From Bacteroidota bacterium (GTDB lineage Bacteria > Bacteroidota > Bacteroidia > Bacteroidales > SKPS01), in contig JAKLII010000011.1 in assembly GCA_022709695.1 (NCBI GenBank), positions 41,620-105,619 on the forward strand: a DNA stretch of 64,000 nt, written 5' to 3'. Each line of letters begins with the position of its first letter. Positions within the stretch are counted from its first letter, which is position 1. A program made the translations under genes and the position numbers. This document shows positions 1 to 10,452 of this stretch, piece after piece. The notes under the pieces were generated by a model. It did no database searches. It had not been told where the DNA came from and was given only the letters and a program-made list of their open reading frames with translations.

Positions 1-14
1 AAATATTCAGTATT

Positions 15-3000
15 ATGAAAAGACAATTACTTGTTTTATTTGCAATGTTCTTCGTTGTTACAAGTGCGTGGGCTGCCATATTGCAGGTAGGAACCAGTTA
101 TCCCTACAGCGATGTACAGTCAGCTCTGGCAGTGGCCGCAGATGGTGATGAGATTCATGTGATGACCGCCGGCACCTACCCGGGTTTCGCATTTTCTTCG
201 ACGGGAACCATTAAGGTGAAGAATATGTCTTCCGGCACAGTGGACTTTTATCCCGGAAGCAGCAATCCTACCATTTCAGTTACCTCAGGGAAATTGGTTC
301 TCAGAGGCTGCATGGTTCATGAATCCGGCTCAGCAGCCACAAGCGGAATCATGGTTACTGGTGGTGAACTGGATGCCGGAACAGCGATGGATCATGGTAT
401 GAATTCGTTCGTCGTTCTGGGTACCGGAAAAGGTGTCACAAATGCTGGTGGCATTGCAAATGCTATTGGTAATTTCTGGGGATCGACTGATTTCTGGTAT
501 GTCAGTTCATTCATCAATGGTACTGTGGCTTTCGACCCCTGGTGCAACAGCGATTTTACAGTATGTAATTTCTCAACCTCTGGTGGTCCTGTTACCAGTA
601 TTCCGGATGTAATCGCTTGTGCTCCTTATGCTTATGTTCCAATTCACGTATCAAGTTTTACCAACGTGGATGCCATTTCGCTTACCCTGAATTATGATCC
701 TGCTATCCTGAGTTTTGTGGGATTTACTTCCAATCCGAACTTCCCCGGGATGTTTGCCAACTCTCCTGTTCCGGGTACAGTAATCATAGGATGGTTTGGC
801 CTGGGAACTCCGGTCACCCTTCCAGGCCCTCAGGATCTGATTACTACATTGCAGTTTGCCTATAGTGGCGGATACAGTGCAGTAACTTTCAATGATACAG
901 ATCCAACCTGGTGCGAGTATTCAAACTTCCTGATCAACGGACCTTACAACGACCTGCCCTTTTCCGGCTTTTATGATAATGGCACAGTTACCGAACTTAC
1001 TGCCCCAATCGCCGGGCCGGATGTTACCGAATGCCAGCAAATCCCGACACAGACCCTTACTGCCACCGCAACTCCGGTTGCCCCTGGTAACAGTATAGTA
1101 TGGTATGATGCTCAGGTTGGCGGCAACGTTGTTTCATCTCCAACCCTGAGTGCTCCCGGCACCGTTACCTATTGGGCCGCTAATTCCAATGGTTCCTGTA
1201 TAAGTGTTGGCAGAGTTCCTGTTACCCTCCATATGGATCCGATAAACCTTGCCTCGATTTACTATGATAACGGAATGGGCTATCCCGAGTTCTGCTCCAA
1301 TGGCACGGTTGCCAATGTAATTCATTCAGGTACCCTGAATGGCACCTATTCCGCAGCACCTGCCGGCCTGACCATTAACCCGGCAACAGGACAGGTTGAT
1401 ATTACCACCAGCACCCCTGGTACATATACCGTATCTTACTATATGGCTCCAGTTGGACAGTGCCCAGGTGTTACAACCACCACCTCCATCACCATAACCC
1501 AGATTCCCACCATTACTACTTTCAACTATCCGGGAACACCGTTCTGTTTTGACGGACCTACTGTGATGCCGAATCTGGTGGCTTCGAATATGAATGGATA
1601 TTTCTCTCTTGTTAACCCGATTTCTGGTCTGGCACTGAATTCTTCAAACGGCCAGGTTACGTTGGGTGGTCTCTCCCAGGCCAATACCTATTCCGTTCAG
1701 TATACCATACCTGCTGCTTTTGGTTGTCCTGATGTGGCTATGGTTACCCAGCTAACCGTGCTTCCCGAGCTTCAACTTTCTGTAACTCCCCAGCACGTAA
1801 CCTGTTTTGGCTATAGCAATGGAGCAGTGACAGTATATGCTACCGGTGGTGCCGGTGGATATCAGTATCTCTGGAGCGACCCCGCAGGTCAAACTACAGC
1901 CACTGCAACAGGTTTATATGCAGGAACCTATTCTGTGACCGTTACTGATGCAAATGGATGTACTGCTACAGGTTCTGCTGTGGTTACTGAACCAACACAG
2001 GTTACAGCAACTATAACCGCTTACAGTAATGTTACCTGTTTCGGTTTCAACAATGGTACCGCAACGGTGTATGCAACCGGTGGAACTGTAACTTCCGGAT
2101 ACAGCTATTACTGGACACCTTCGGGACAGACTACTGCCACGGCTGTAAATCTCGGACCTGTTACCCATATGGTTGCTGTATATGATGACAATATGTGTAT
2201 AGCTACAGCTTCGGTTACCCTTACCGAACCTGCAGAAGTGCTGCCCCCGACAAACCCGGGACATATTACTGTATGCGGAACCCTGCCGGTTACCCAAACC
2301 ATCACAGCAACCGCAACAGTTCCTGCCGGACATTCAATTGTATGGTATGACCTGCCGGTGGGAGGCAATGTGGTTCCATCACCAACCCTCAGCACAGTTG
2401 GTTCAGTTACCTATTATGCTGAAGCAGTAAATAACACAACCCAGTGTGCCAGTTTGACAAGGCTCCCTGTGAACCTGCAGATTGATCAGCCTTCTTCAGC
2501 CATTATTGCTTACCTTGGAGATCCTTACTGCTCTATCGATGGTATTGCCACCGTTACCCGTACCGGAACACCGGGTGGTTATCCAGGCGGTACCCCAGGT
2601 GGTACTTACTTTGCTTTCCAGCCTGGTATTGTAATTAACCCTGCTACCGGTGATATCGATCTCGCTGCCAGCGTTCCGGGAACCTATACCATCGGTTACG
2701 TGATGCCCGCTAACGGAACCTGTCCTTCTACTATTACCACAGCTCCGATTACCATCGAGCTGTATCCGAATGCTTCAATCTCCTATGCAACACCTTTCTG
2801 CTTTGCTGCCGGTGTTCAGATGCCGACCATCACAGGTACACAAGGTGGACTTTTCTCCTATTTCCAGTATCCGCTTCTTTCGCTCAATACCGTTACCGGA
2901 GCAATCAATCTTCAGGGCGCAAGCTACCCGGGGAACTACACCGTATTCTATTCCTTCGCTGCTACTGTTGCCTGTCCTCAATACAATACCTCCACACCGG

Positions 3001-6000
3001 TTGTTGTGCTGCCGCCCATGCAGGTGGTTACCAACCAGATCACAAAGGAATCCTGCTTTGGAGCTAACGACGGTGCTATCGATATTACGGTTACGAGTAC
3101 CAATCTGCCTTTGAATTATGTTTGGACTGGTCCCACTACCATTGGTAATGTTGAAGATCCGATTGGCCTGGCACCTGGCACATACAGTGTTACAGTTACT
3201 GACTTCTACGGATGCACAGCAACAGAAACCTTTACAGTACCCGGACCTGCACAGCTTGGTGGTACAGTATCCTATACCAATGTAACCTGTAACGGGGCAA
3301 ATGATGGTACCATAACCGTCTCCAACCCGATTGGCGGATGGGGCACTTATGAATTTACCGTGGATGGTGGTATGTCCTGGTCTTCTTCACCACTCTTTAC
3401 CGGCCTTGCACCCAATATCTATAATGTGATGATCAGAGATGCTGCCAACCCCTGGTGTATCGAAGATCTTGATGGTGTTTCCAATACTACTATTACCGAA
3501 CCATTGCCTGTAACTGCAACCTTTACCTATGTTAATTTAGACTGTTACAATGCTGCCAACGGATCCGTCACTTTCCTGAATCCTACCGGTGGCTATGGCA
3601 CTTATGAGTTCAGCATCGATGGTGGCTACACATGGCAGAGCAATCCTCAGTTTACCCAGCTTGCATCCGGATGGTATCTCCTGATGGTGCGTGATGCGCT
3701 TTATGTAAATTGTGTCACCAATCTCGGCAAAATTGAAATTACCCAGCCAGGCATTCTTAATGCTTTGGTTACCAAGCTGGATGTGACCTGTTTTGGCGCC
3801 GGAGATGGTGTAATCTATATCAATAATCCTACTGGTGGTTTTGGTACCTATGAGTATTCCATCGATGGTGGTGCCAACTGGCAATCTGTCGTTCCTTTCT
3901 TAGGACTCGCACCGGCCACCTATAATGTCCTGATACGTGATGCAGCTGTTACCTGGTGTGTAATTGACCTGGACGGCGTATCCAATACCGTAATTACTGA
4001 ACCAGCTAAACTTACGGCTACCGTTACTCCTACCAATATTACCTGTAATGGTGCCGGGGACGGAATGATCAGTATCACAAATGCTAACGGTGGATATGGC
4101 TCATATGAGTTCTCAATCGATGGTGGACTCACCTGGGGACCTGGAACGATTTATTCAGGGCTTGCTGCCGGTAATTATCAGGTGCAGATTCGTGATGTCG
4201 TTTATACCTATTGCCTCGAAATCCTGGCAAATGTAACGATCATTGATCCTGCCATGGTTACTGCTACTGTGGTTGTTACCAATGTTAGCTGCTACGGCTC
4301 CAATGATGGCATCATCACACTGGCTAACCCAACAGGTGGTTGGGGAACCTATGAATTCAGCAAGGATGGTGGATTGAACTGGCAAACCAGCAATGTATTT
4401 ACAGGTCTGATGCCGGGTAACTACGATATGTGGATCCGCGATGCAGTGAACACCTATTGTAAGGCCGATCTCGACGGAGTAGGTGTAACCACAACCGTTA
4501 CCGAGCCTCAGCCCCTTATGTATGGCATTTCCAGTCCTGTTTATATTGGCGGAACAAATGTTTCCTGCTACGGTGCTGCTGATGGATCCATTCTGGTCAG
4601 CGTAACCGGAGGTACCCAGCCTTACCAGTATGGTTGGACAGGCCCTGTTGCCATCGGCAATACAGGTACGCCTGCAGGTCTTACTGCCGGTTTGTATACA
4701 GTCCTGGTTACAGATGCCAACGGATGTACCGTTACTACCTCTATTACCCTCACAGAACCATATCCTTACCAGATCCAGGGAACTTACTATCCGGTAAGCT
4801 GTCCGGGTGGAAATGATGGAAGTCTTGATATTTATGTAATGGGTAGCACTGCACCATACAATTACAGCTGGTCAGGTCCTACACCCATCGGAAATGTAGC
4901 AATGGCCAATGGATTGACAGCCGGTCTCTATACGGTTGTTGTTACTGATGCCAATGGCTGTTCTGCAACCTACAGTATTACTGTTACCACCATTCCGGAT
5001 GTTACTCCCCCGTCATTTGTATGTCCGCAGCCTATTGCTGTTTACAATAACCCGGGCTACTGCTATGCCACAACCAGCAACCCTGTACCTGTTGCATACG
5101 ACAATTGTGATCCTGCACCCGTTGTAATCGGAGTAAGAAGTGACATGCTGTCACTCACTGATCCTTATCCTGTTGGCCTCACCACAGTGATCTGGACCGC
5201 TTATGATATCAATGGCAATTCTTCTACCTGCTCGCAGACTGTAACGGTTACTGACCTTGAACTACCTGCTATTACATGTCCTCAGGATATCAACACTATC
5301 TATCAGCCGGGTGCCTGCAGTGCTCAGGTGAACGTTGGAACCCCGATTGTTTCTGATAATTGTGCAGTGCTTTCGGTTACCGGTGTAAGAAGTGACCTGC
5401 TGCCTCTGACGGATCCCTATCCTTCCGGCATTACTACCATTACATGGACTGTTACTGACATCCATTTCAATGTAAACAGTTGTATTCAGACTATAACAGT
5501 TACCCCGACGGAGCTCCTGATGCTCTATAACTTCAACTATGCATCTGTTTATCCTATCATGCCGGATTATATTGCTCCGTTCCTCACCGGGTACTGCACA
5601 TCATTTGAGCCTTTCCTGCTTACCCCGACAGGCACAACCACTGGCAATCTTGCCTTCGTAAGTGATATCAATCTCGCTAATAACAACGGGCTGGCAACCG
5701 CACTGTCGAATGGTAATAATGTGAGGTATTTCGAATTCAGGGTAGCTGGAGACAGCCTTTACAAATACCGCGATTACAAACTCTACCTGCAGGGTCGTCG
5801 TCAGGCACAGGCCGCTACGCAGATTGCAGCTTACTACAGTTTCGATAATATAACCTACCATCCGGGCGACAGTATGCAGCTCTCGATAGCCGACACCTGG
5901 TTCCAGGGAATCATTAACCTTTCAACCCTTGATACCATTAACTACAGCAAGGTTCTTTATCTGAGGCTTTATATGAATGGTACCAATGTGGTATCAGGTC

Positions 6001-7151
6001 AGACCCGTCTCGATATCGACAACTTCCAGCTCACTGCTGTGAATGGCCCGCTGGCTCGTCCTGATTTTGCATCTGTTCAGAAGAATGGTACGGTTACCAT
6101 CGATGTACTTGCCAATGACTATTATGGTTGCAATGGCCAGGCTGCCCTTATTCCGATTATAGGTGTTGATGTGGCCCTTAACGGAACTTCGACCCAGAAC
6201 CCCAATGGTACCTTTACCTATACACCAGACCCGAATTATCTCGGCCCTGATTTCTTCACTTACAAGATCTGTGACGGACTTGGCAAATGTGATACGGCAA
6301 TTGTAAGAGTAAATGTAGTTACCGACGATCTTTACCTTATCGGGAAAGTATTCCTGCAGGGTGCTTACAATACAACCACGGGACTTATGAACGACAATCT
6401 CAGAAGTCTGAACTACCTGCCCACAACTGAGCCTTTCTCGTCAGCACCTTATGATGCTTCCTTTACCCACTTTGGTAATGGCGGCGGTGAGACTGTTAAC
6501 CCGGCTGTATTCAATGTAACCGGTAACAATGCCATTGTGGATTGGGTCTTCGTTGAACTTCGTGATAAAACCAACTCTTCACTGGTTGTTTCTACCCGCG
6601 CAGCACTTGTACAGAGCGATGGCGATATCGTGGATGTGGATGGCGTGAGTCCTGTGAAATTCTCGCAGTTGCCCGACAATACCTACTTTGTGGCTGTGCG
6701 TCATCGTAACCACCTTGGTGTGATGGGTGCCAACACTTTTGTCCTGACCAACACCGGTACTGTGGTGAACTTTACCAATGGCTCTGTTCCGGAATACAAC
6801 ATCGGTATCCAGAACAATATCAATTACGCCACACTTGCCCAGAAAGATTTGAACCCGGGCGTAAGAGGTCTGCATGCAGGTAATGCCGCCAACGACCATA
6901 AGGTAAAATACCAGGGTGTGAACAGCGACAGAACCCGCATTCTGTATGAATTGCTGAACTTCCCGGGAAATACCCTGTATGAGTACAACTACAATTTTGC
7001 ACTGGGTTATTTCAGTGGTGACATCAATATGGATGGTCAGGTGAAATACCAGGGTGTTAACAGTGACAACAACTATCTGCTAAGCCTTATCCTGAACTAT
7101 CAACCGGGAACAACATCAGTATTTGACTTTTTCCTGGAACAACTACCGTAA
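15..7151 (+). CDS. Giant secreted adhesin/scaffold-like protein: beta-helix-like stub, cohesin-like domain, Ig-like/PKD-like units, SprB repeats, 2 HYR domains, cadherin-like Big_9 domain, C-terminal KVFLQGAY...EQLP domain with a duplicated dockerin-like motif; no T9SS CTD
   Basis: 2378-aa ORF with a Sec signal peptide. [27 protein letters not shown] is cohesin-like. SprB units read VTCFG..NG...TGG...Y.W...[15 protein letters not shown] units read [10 protein letters not shown]...[14 protein letters not shown]. Big_9 reads DVLAND...[22 protein letters not shown]. The tail has [17 protein letters not shown] and [17 protein letters not shown]. Confidence 0.85.
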   Translation: MKRQLLVLFAMFFVVTSAWAAILQVGTSYPYSDVQSALAVAADGDEIHVMTAGTYPGFAFSSTGTIKVKNMSSGTVDFYPGSSNPTISVTSGKLVLRGCMVHESGSAATSGIMVTGGELDAGTAMDHGMNSFVVLGTGKGVTNAGGIANAIGNFWGSTDFWYVSSFINGTVAFDPWCNSDFTVCNFSTSGGPVTSIPDVIACAPYAYVPIHVSSFTNVDAISLTLNYDPAILSFVGFTSNPNFPGMFANSPVPGTVIIGWFGLGTPVTLPGPQDLITTLQFAYSGGYSAVTFNDTDPTWCEYSNFLINGPYNDLPFSGFYDNGTVTELTAPIAGPDVTECQQIPTQTLTATATPVAPGNSIVWYDAQVGGNVVSSPTLSAPGTVTYWAANSNGSCISVGRVPVTLHMDPINLASIYYDNGMGYPEFCSNGTVANVIHSGTLNGTYSAAPAGLTINPATGQVDITTSTPGTYTVSYYMAPVGQCPGVTTTTSITITQIPTITTFNYPGTPFCFDGPTVMPNLVASNMNGYFSLVNPISGLALNSSNGQVTLGGLSQANTYSVQYTIPAAFGCPDVAMVTQLTVLPELQLSVTPQHVTCFGYSNGAVTVYATGGAGGYQYLWSDPAGQTTATATGLYAGTYSVTVTDANGCTATGSAVVTEPTQVTATITAYSNVTCFGFNNGTATVYATGGTVTSGYSYYWTPSGQTTATAVNLGPVTHMVAVYDDNMCIATASVTLTEPAEVLPPTNPGHITVCGTLPVTQTITATATVPAGHSIVWYDLPVGGNVVPSPTLSTVGSVTYYAEAVNNTTQCASLTRLPVNLQIDQPSSAIIAYLGDPYCSIDGIATVTRTGTPGGYPGGTPGGTYFAFQPGIVINPATGDIDLAASVPGTYTIGYVMPANGTCPSTITTAPITIELYPNASISYATPFCFAAGVQMPTITGTQGGLFSYFQYPLLSLNTVTGAINLQGASYPGNYTVFYSFAATVACPQYNTSTPVVVLPPMQVVTNQITKESCFGANDGAIDITVTSTNLPLNYVWTGPTTIGNVEDPIGLAPGTYSVTVTDFYGCTATETFTVPGPAQLGGTVSYTNVTCNGANDGTITVSNPIGGWGTYEFTVDGGMSWSSSPLFTGLAPNIYNVMIRDAANPWCIEDLDGVSNTTITEPLPVTATFTYVNLDCYNAANGSVTFLNPTGGYGTYEFSIDGGYTWQSNPQFTQLASGWYLLMVRDALYVNCVTNLGKIEITQPGILNALVTKLDVTCFGAGDGVIYINNPTGGFGTYEYSIDGGANWQSVVPFLGLAPATYNVLIRDAAVTWCVIDLDGVSNTVITEPAKLTATVTPTNITCNGAGDGMISITNANGGYGSYEFSIDGGLTWGPGTIYSGLAAGNYQVQIRDVVYTYCLEILANVTIIDPAMVTATVVVTNVSCYGSNDGIITLANPTGGWGTYEFSKDGGLNWQTSNVFTGLMPGNYDMWIRDAVNTYCKADLDGVGVTTTVTEPQPLMYGISSPVYIGGTNVSCYGAADGSILVSVTGGTQPYQYGWTGPVAIGNTGTPAGLTAGLYTVLVTDANGCTVTTSITLTEPYPYQIQGTYYPVSCPGGNDGSLDIYVMGSTAPYNYSWSGPTPIGNVAMANGLTAGLYTVVVTDANGCSATYSITVTTIPDVTPPSFVCPQPIAVYNNPGYCYATTSNPVPVAYDNCDPAPVVIGVRSDMLSLTDPYPVGLTTVIWTAYDINGNSSTCSQTVTVTDLELPAITCPQDINTIYQPGACSAQVNVGTPIVSDNCAVLSVTGVRSDLLPLTDPYPSGITTITWTVTDIHFNVNSCIQTITVTPTELLMLYNFNYASVYPIMPDYIAPFLTGYCTSFEPFLLTPTGTTTGNLAFVSDINLANNNGLATALSNGNNVRYFEFRVAGDSLYKYRDYKLYLQGRRQAQAATQIAAYYSFDNITYHPGDSMQLSIADTWFQGIINLSTLDTINYSKVLYLRLYMNGTNVVSGQTRLDIDNFQLTAVNGPLARPDFASVQKNGTVTIDVLANDYYGCNGQAALIPIIGVDVALNGTSTQNPNGTFTYTPDPNYLGPDFFTYKICDGLGKCDTAIVRVNVVTDDLYLIGKVFLQGAYNTTTGLMNDNLRSLNYLPTTEPFSSAPYDASFTHFGNGGGETVNPAVFNVTGNNAIVDWVFVELRDKTNSSLVVSTRAALVQSDGDIVDVDGVSPVKFSQLPDNTYFVAVRHRNHLGVMGANTFVLTNTGTVVNFTNGSVPEYNIGIQNNINYATLAQKDLNPGVRGLHAGNAANDHKVKYQGVNSDRTRILYELLNFPGNTLYEYNYNFALGYFSGDINMDGQVKYQGVNSDNNYLLSLILNYQPGTTSVFDFFLEQLP
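3258..4508 (+). repeat. Five tandem ~82-86-aa SprB-like repeats within the giant protein
   Basis: Unit ...VTC.G..DG.I...NP.GG(W/Y/F)G(T/S)YE(F/Y)(S/T).DGG..W...F.GL....Y.V.IRD....C occurs five times. Units 1, 3 and 5 carry DLDGV. Confidence 0.85.
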
Positions 7152-7158
7152 TACAAAT

Positions 7159-7201
7159 AGAACATATCCGGGCAGTCATTGTGCTGCCCGGATAATGTTC
7201 T
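7159..7201 (+). promoter_or_regulatory. Strong intergenic stem-loop (RNA stabiliser, processing site or leaky terminator)
   Basis: AGAACAT-ATCCGGGCAG-tcattgtg-CTGCCCGGAT-a-ATGTTCT, with a T6 tract only after a 5-nt gap. Confidence 0.6.
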
Positions 7202-7282
7202 GAAACTTTTTGATACAGGAAACGTTAAAGAGTTCAACAACAAGACTGAAGAAGAAATTATTAAACCAAATCTTATAGTATC

Positions 7283-8695
7283 ATGAAAAAAACTTTATTG
7301 CTTGTAAGCCTGATGTTCCTGGTGATCGCCGGATTTGCACAGGTTCCCCAAATGCGTACCAATTTGCGGTACAACACTTCACTGTGCCGTTATGAGGTAT
7401 ACGTAAGACCCTCACTGAATTATTCGAACTTTAACATGGGTGGCTCTCAGATTGTGATTGCGGTGCCTCACAACACCATTGTGAACTATACCGTATCACG
7501 AAGAAATGCATTTACCATCCTGTCTGTTGCTCCAAGTGGTGACCAGTGGTCAATTACTGCCTATGCTGACAAGGACCTTATCCCTTCCTACACCGCTTCG
7601 TTTGACTACTATGCAGTTGACCATTCAGGTGGAAATCTCGGGAATGTAACAGCCAATACTGAAATCCTCCTTTTTACCTTTAAACTGGGGAATAACTGTA
7701 TCGACGGGCTCAGACTATGGGAAGGTGTGGGTGTTGCCAACGGTGGTGTTGGCGCAATTCCCAATGCCTTTAACGACCCCAAGTACCCCACAGGTGGTGG
7801 TGACTTTGAGACCAACTTCAGTGAGGCACTGACCCTTACCGAAACATGGGTAGGTAATTACAACAATACAGGTACTGTGTTGCCAAAACCATCTCTGAAC
7901 ATTACCTATGTGTGTGATGCTCCCATTCTTGGATATGCCACAATTACTGCAAATATTACCAGTGGTGCAGCCTGTACCCCTTTAACCTATACATGGTCAG
8001 GTGGTGGCACATGGCTTGTTCCTCCAACTACAACCAACCAGGGTATCGGAATGCCTCCTTATGGCACCTACAGCGTTGCAACTACCGACAATAATGGTTG
8101 TGCTGCCACTACTTCACTTACCCTTAGCCCGAGTTGTTCCCAACCGCTTCCGGTTGAGTTGATTCGTTTCACAGTTAAGAAGGATGGAAGCAATGCACAG
8201 CTCGAATGGGCTACTGCCACGGAAATGAATAACAATTACTTTGATGTGGAGCACTCCGTCAACGGAGAAAATTTCTCAAAGATTGGCAGGGTCTATTCCA
8301 AGAATGGCAACAGCACCTCCGTGCAGAACTACGATTTCATGCACCGGAGCACTGTTAAGGGGATCAACTACTACAGGCTGAAACAGGTGGATTATGACGG
8401 AGCATTTGAATATACCGATATCCGTTCCATCGTTTTTGGCAATGCCAATGGACTTACTATTTATCCGAATCCTACCAGCAGCATCCTGAATGTGAAGATC
8501 CCTGCCGGTATGGATGAGAATTCAGTGATTGAGATCGTTAATGCAGCAGGTCAGGTGGTTCGTTCGCTCAGCAATGCCAACCTCACCTCAAATGTACTCG
8601 AACTCAATGTGAATGATCTGGCCCTTGGGTACTATTTCATTCAGATCAGGACATCTGCAGATCTTTTCCGCGAACAATTCGTGATTACTCGATAA
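7283..8695 (+). CDS. T9SS type A sorting domain protein with an uncharacterised N-terminal beta-rich domain (possibly cohesin-like)
   Basis: 470 aa with a signal peptide, a PLPVELIRF Ig-like module, and the CTD IYPNPTSSILNV...GYYFIQI...FVITR. Confidence 0.85.
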   Translation: MKKTLLLVSLMFLVIAGFAQVPQMRTNLRYNTSLCRYEVYVRPSLNYSNFNMGGSQIVIAVPHNTIVNYTVSRRNAFTILSVAPSGDQWSITAYADKDLIPSYTASFDYYAVDHSGGNLGNVTANTEILLFTFKLGNNCIDGLRLWEGVGVANGGVGAIPNAFNDPKYPTGGGDFETNFSEALTLTETWVGNYNNTGTVLPKPSLNITYVCDAPILGYATITANITSGAACTPLTYTWSGGGTWLVPPTTTNQGIGMPPYGTYSVATTDNNGCAATTSLTLSPSCSQPLPVELIRFTVKKDGSNAQLEWATATEMNNNYFDVEHSVNGENFSKIGRVYSKNGNSTSVQNYDFMHRSTVKGINYYRLKQVDYDGAFEYTDIRSIVFGNANGLTIYPNPTSSILNVKIPAGMDENSVIEIVNAAGQVVRSLSNANLTSNVLELNVNDLALGYYFIQIRTSADLFREQFVITR

Positions 8696-8721
8696 TCAGG
8701 AATTCCGTTTAAAGATACATG

Positions 8722-8755
8722 TAAGGGCTGTTCATCAGAGCAGCCCTTATTTTTT
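8722..8755 (+). terminator. Rho-independent terminator between convergent genes
   Basis: TAAGGGCTG-loop-CAGCCCTTA followed by a T6 tract. Confidence 0.8.
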
Positions 8756-9380
8756 ATGGTTTATCTCTAAGCCATGAACCAATTACTTCCCTGATTAGCG
8801 GATAGGTACTGGGGAGTACCTGTCGGTTTATGAAGTAGCTATCGGCCCATCTGACACAAAGGATATCCTCGGCAGGTTGTGGCATCAGCCATGTTTCATC
8901 TTTCACTGACATTTTATACCATTGGGTTTCTTTATGGCACCATTGGTTGTTTTCGATGTACAGATGATGAGTGATAACAGGCTGGCTGTTGGTAATGCCG
9001 CACAACACCCCGGTTTCCTCATAGGTTTCCCGGACAGCACAATCCGGATATGTTTCCTTTTCCTCTTTTTTCCCCTTTGGCAGATCCCATAACCCCCTCC
9101 TGAAAATCACCAGTATTTCTCTGTTTCGGTTGGAGACAAGACCCCCTGCGGCTGGAACAAAGCGGCAGCTTTGCAGAAGTTCCGAGAATGCTTTTCTGGG
9201 ATCCGCTGTATAAATAAGCAGGTTATTCAGTAACTTATTGCTGCCTGGTATAATGAATTCAGACAATCTTCGTTTGACCTCCCCGGGATCGGCAGAGTTG
9301 AGAACGGCAGCTGAGGGCAGATGGCCTTCGGATGGATCCCTGAATTGAAGCAATGTTTGGTTAACGAAAATCTTATACAT
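8754..9380 (-). CDS. NUDIX hydrolase
   Basis: Nudix box GKKEEKETYPDCAVRETYEETG. Start taken at MYKIFVN (alternative ATG at 9389); the longer ORF-track start lies inside pyrE. Confidence 0.85.
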   Translation of the reverse strand: MYKIFVNQTLLQFRDPSEGHLPSAAVLNSADPGEVKRRLSEFIIPGSNKLLNNLLIYTADPRKAFSELLQSCRFVPAAGGLVSNRNREILVIFRRGLWDLPKGKKEEKETYPDCAVRETYEETGVLCGITNSQPVITHHLYIENNQWCHKETQWYKMSVKDETWLMPQPAEDILCVRWADSYFINRQVLPSTYPLIREVIGSWLRDKP

Positions 9381-9383
9381 TTG
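9376..9383 (+). promoter_or_regulatory. Bacteroidota -7 promoter box for pyrE
   Basis: TACATTTG matches TAnnTTTG and ends 4 nt before the pyrE ATG. Confidence 0.55.
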
Positions 9384-9387
9384 CAAC

Positions 9388-10029
9388 ATGGAACAGATAA
9401 AAGAGAGAGCGCTTAAAACGGCTGGTTTCTTATTGCAAATTAAAGCAATTAAGTTAAATGCTTCAACCCCTTTCACATGGGCTTCTGGCTGGAAATCACC
9501 GATCTACTGTGATAACAGGAAAACCTTGTCGTATCCGCAGATTCGTACCTATTTGCGGCAGGAGATGGTAAAAGTGATTGAGGATGAATTCGGGGATGTG
9601 GATTTAATTGCGGGTGTCGCAACCGGAGGTATTGCCCTCGGAGCTTTGGTGGCGCAGGAATTAGGACTTCCCTTTGCATACGTGCGGGGAGCAGAAAAAA
9701 AGCATGGCCTGGGGAACCAGATAGAGGGTGTTGTGAACCAGGGACAATCGGTTGTGGTGATCGAGGACCTGATCAGTACCGGGGGAAGCAGCCTTTCGGC
9801 CGTTACCGCCCTAAGGAATGCCGGATGTCAGGTGAAGGGGATGGTCGCTATATTCTCCTATGCCTTTCCGCAGGCAGAGAAAGCTTTCAGAGACGCCAAC
9901 TGCAAGCTGTGTACCCTCAGCGATTACCCATCATTAATCGAACAGGCTATTTCCTCAGAATATATTGGAAGCGATCAGCTTGAAACCCTGGAAGCATGGC
10001 GCAAAGCCCCGGAAAAATGGGGAGTCTGA
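9388..10029 (+). CDS. pyrE: Orotate phosphoribosyltransferase
   Basis: FTWASGWKSPIYCDNR and the PRPP loop VVVIEDLISTGGSS. Confidence 0.97.
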   Translation: MEQIKERALKTAGFLLQIKAIKLNASTPFTWASGWKSPIYCDNRKTLSYPQIRTYLRQEMVKVIEDEFGDVDLIAGVATGGIALGALVAQELGLPFAYVRGAEKKHGLGNQIEGVVNQGQSVVVIEDLISTGGSSLSAVTALRNAGCQVKGMVAIFSYAFPQAEKAFRDANCKLCTLSDYPSLIEQAISSEYIGSDQLETLEAWRKAPEKWGV

Positions 10030-10035
10030 TGCCGG

Positions 10036-10452
10036 ATGAAGAAATTTTCCAGTAACCCCTTGCCTTCAAAAGAGTGCCTGAGCAGTCTGACCGACTGGTG
10101 CTCAGATTTTAGGAATATCATTACCCTGTTACCCGACCAGGTTTCAAACCGCACTGCAGACAGGGATTCATGTGCATTTTCAATTCCCGGAATGGCTGAT
10201 CTTGCCTTGCATTATGCTGAACGTAACCCCGGGGGATTGATCAGGATGGTCCCTGATAAATCCCCTTTCCCTTTTGAGCTGCGAATTGAGATTTCTGAAG
10301 CTGGTACACCCGAAGGATCTGCACGGGTACAAACCTTTCTTGAAGCTGATCTGAACCCGATGCTGGCCATGCTGGCCGGCCGCCCCCTGCAGCATCTTGT
10401 GGATGAGATCAACAGAAAACTTGCCGGGCTGAGTATTCACCAGCCAGGGTAA
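10036..10452 (+). CDS. SRPBCC/CoxG-like protein
   Basis: 138 aa directly after pyrE with DFRN...LLP and L.A.LNPMLAM, resembling the Bacteroidota pyrE-linked SRPBCC protein. Confidence 0.6.
   Translation: MKKFSSNPLPSKECLSSLTDWCSDFRNIITLLPDQVSNRTADRDSCAFSIPGMADLALHYAERNPGGLIRMVPDKSPFPFELRIEISEAGTPEGSARVQTFLEADLNPMLAMLAGRPLQHLVDEINRKLAGLSIHQPG

Noticed and set aside
8754-9476. 240-aa NUDIX ORF overlapping pyrE by 89 nt
   Set aside because: The N-terminal extension is the antisense of conserved pyrE sequence. MYKIF is the more plausible start.
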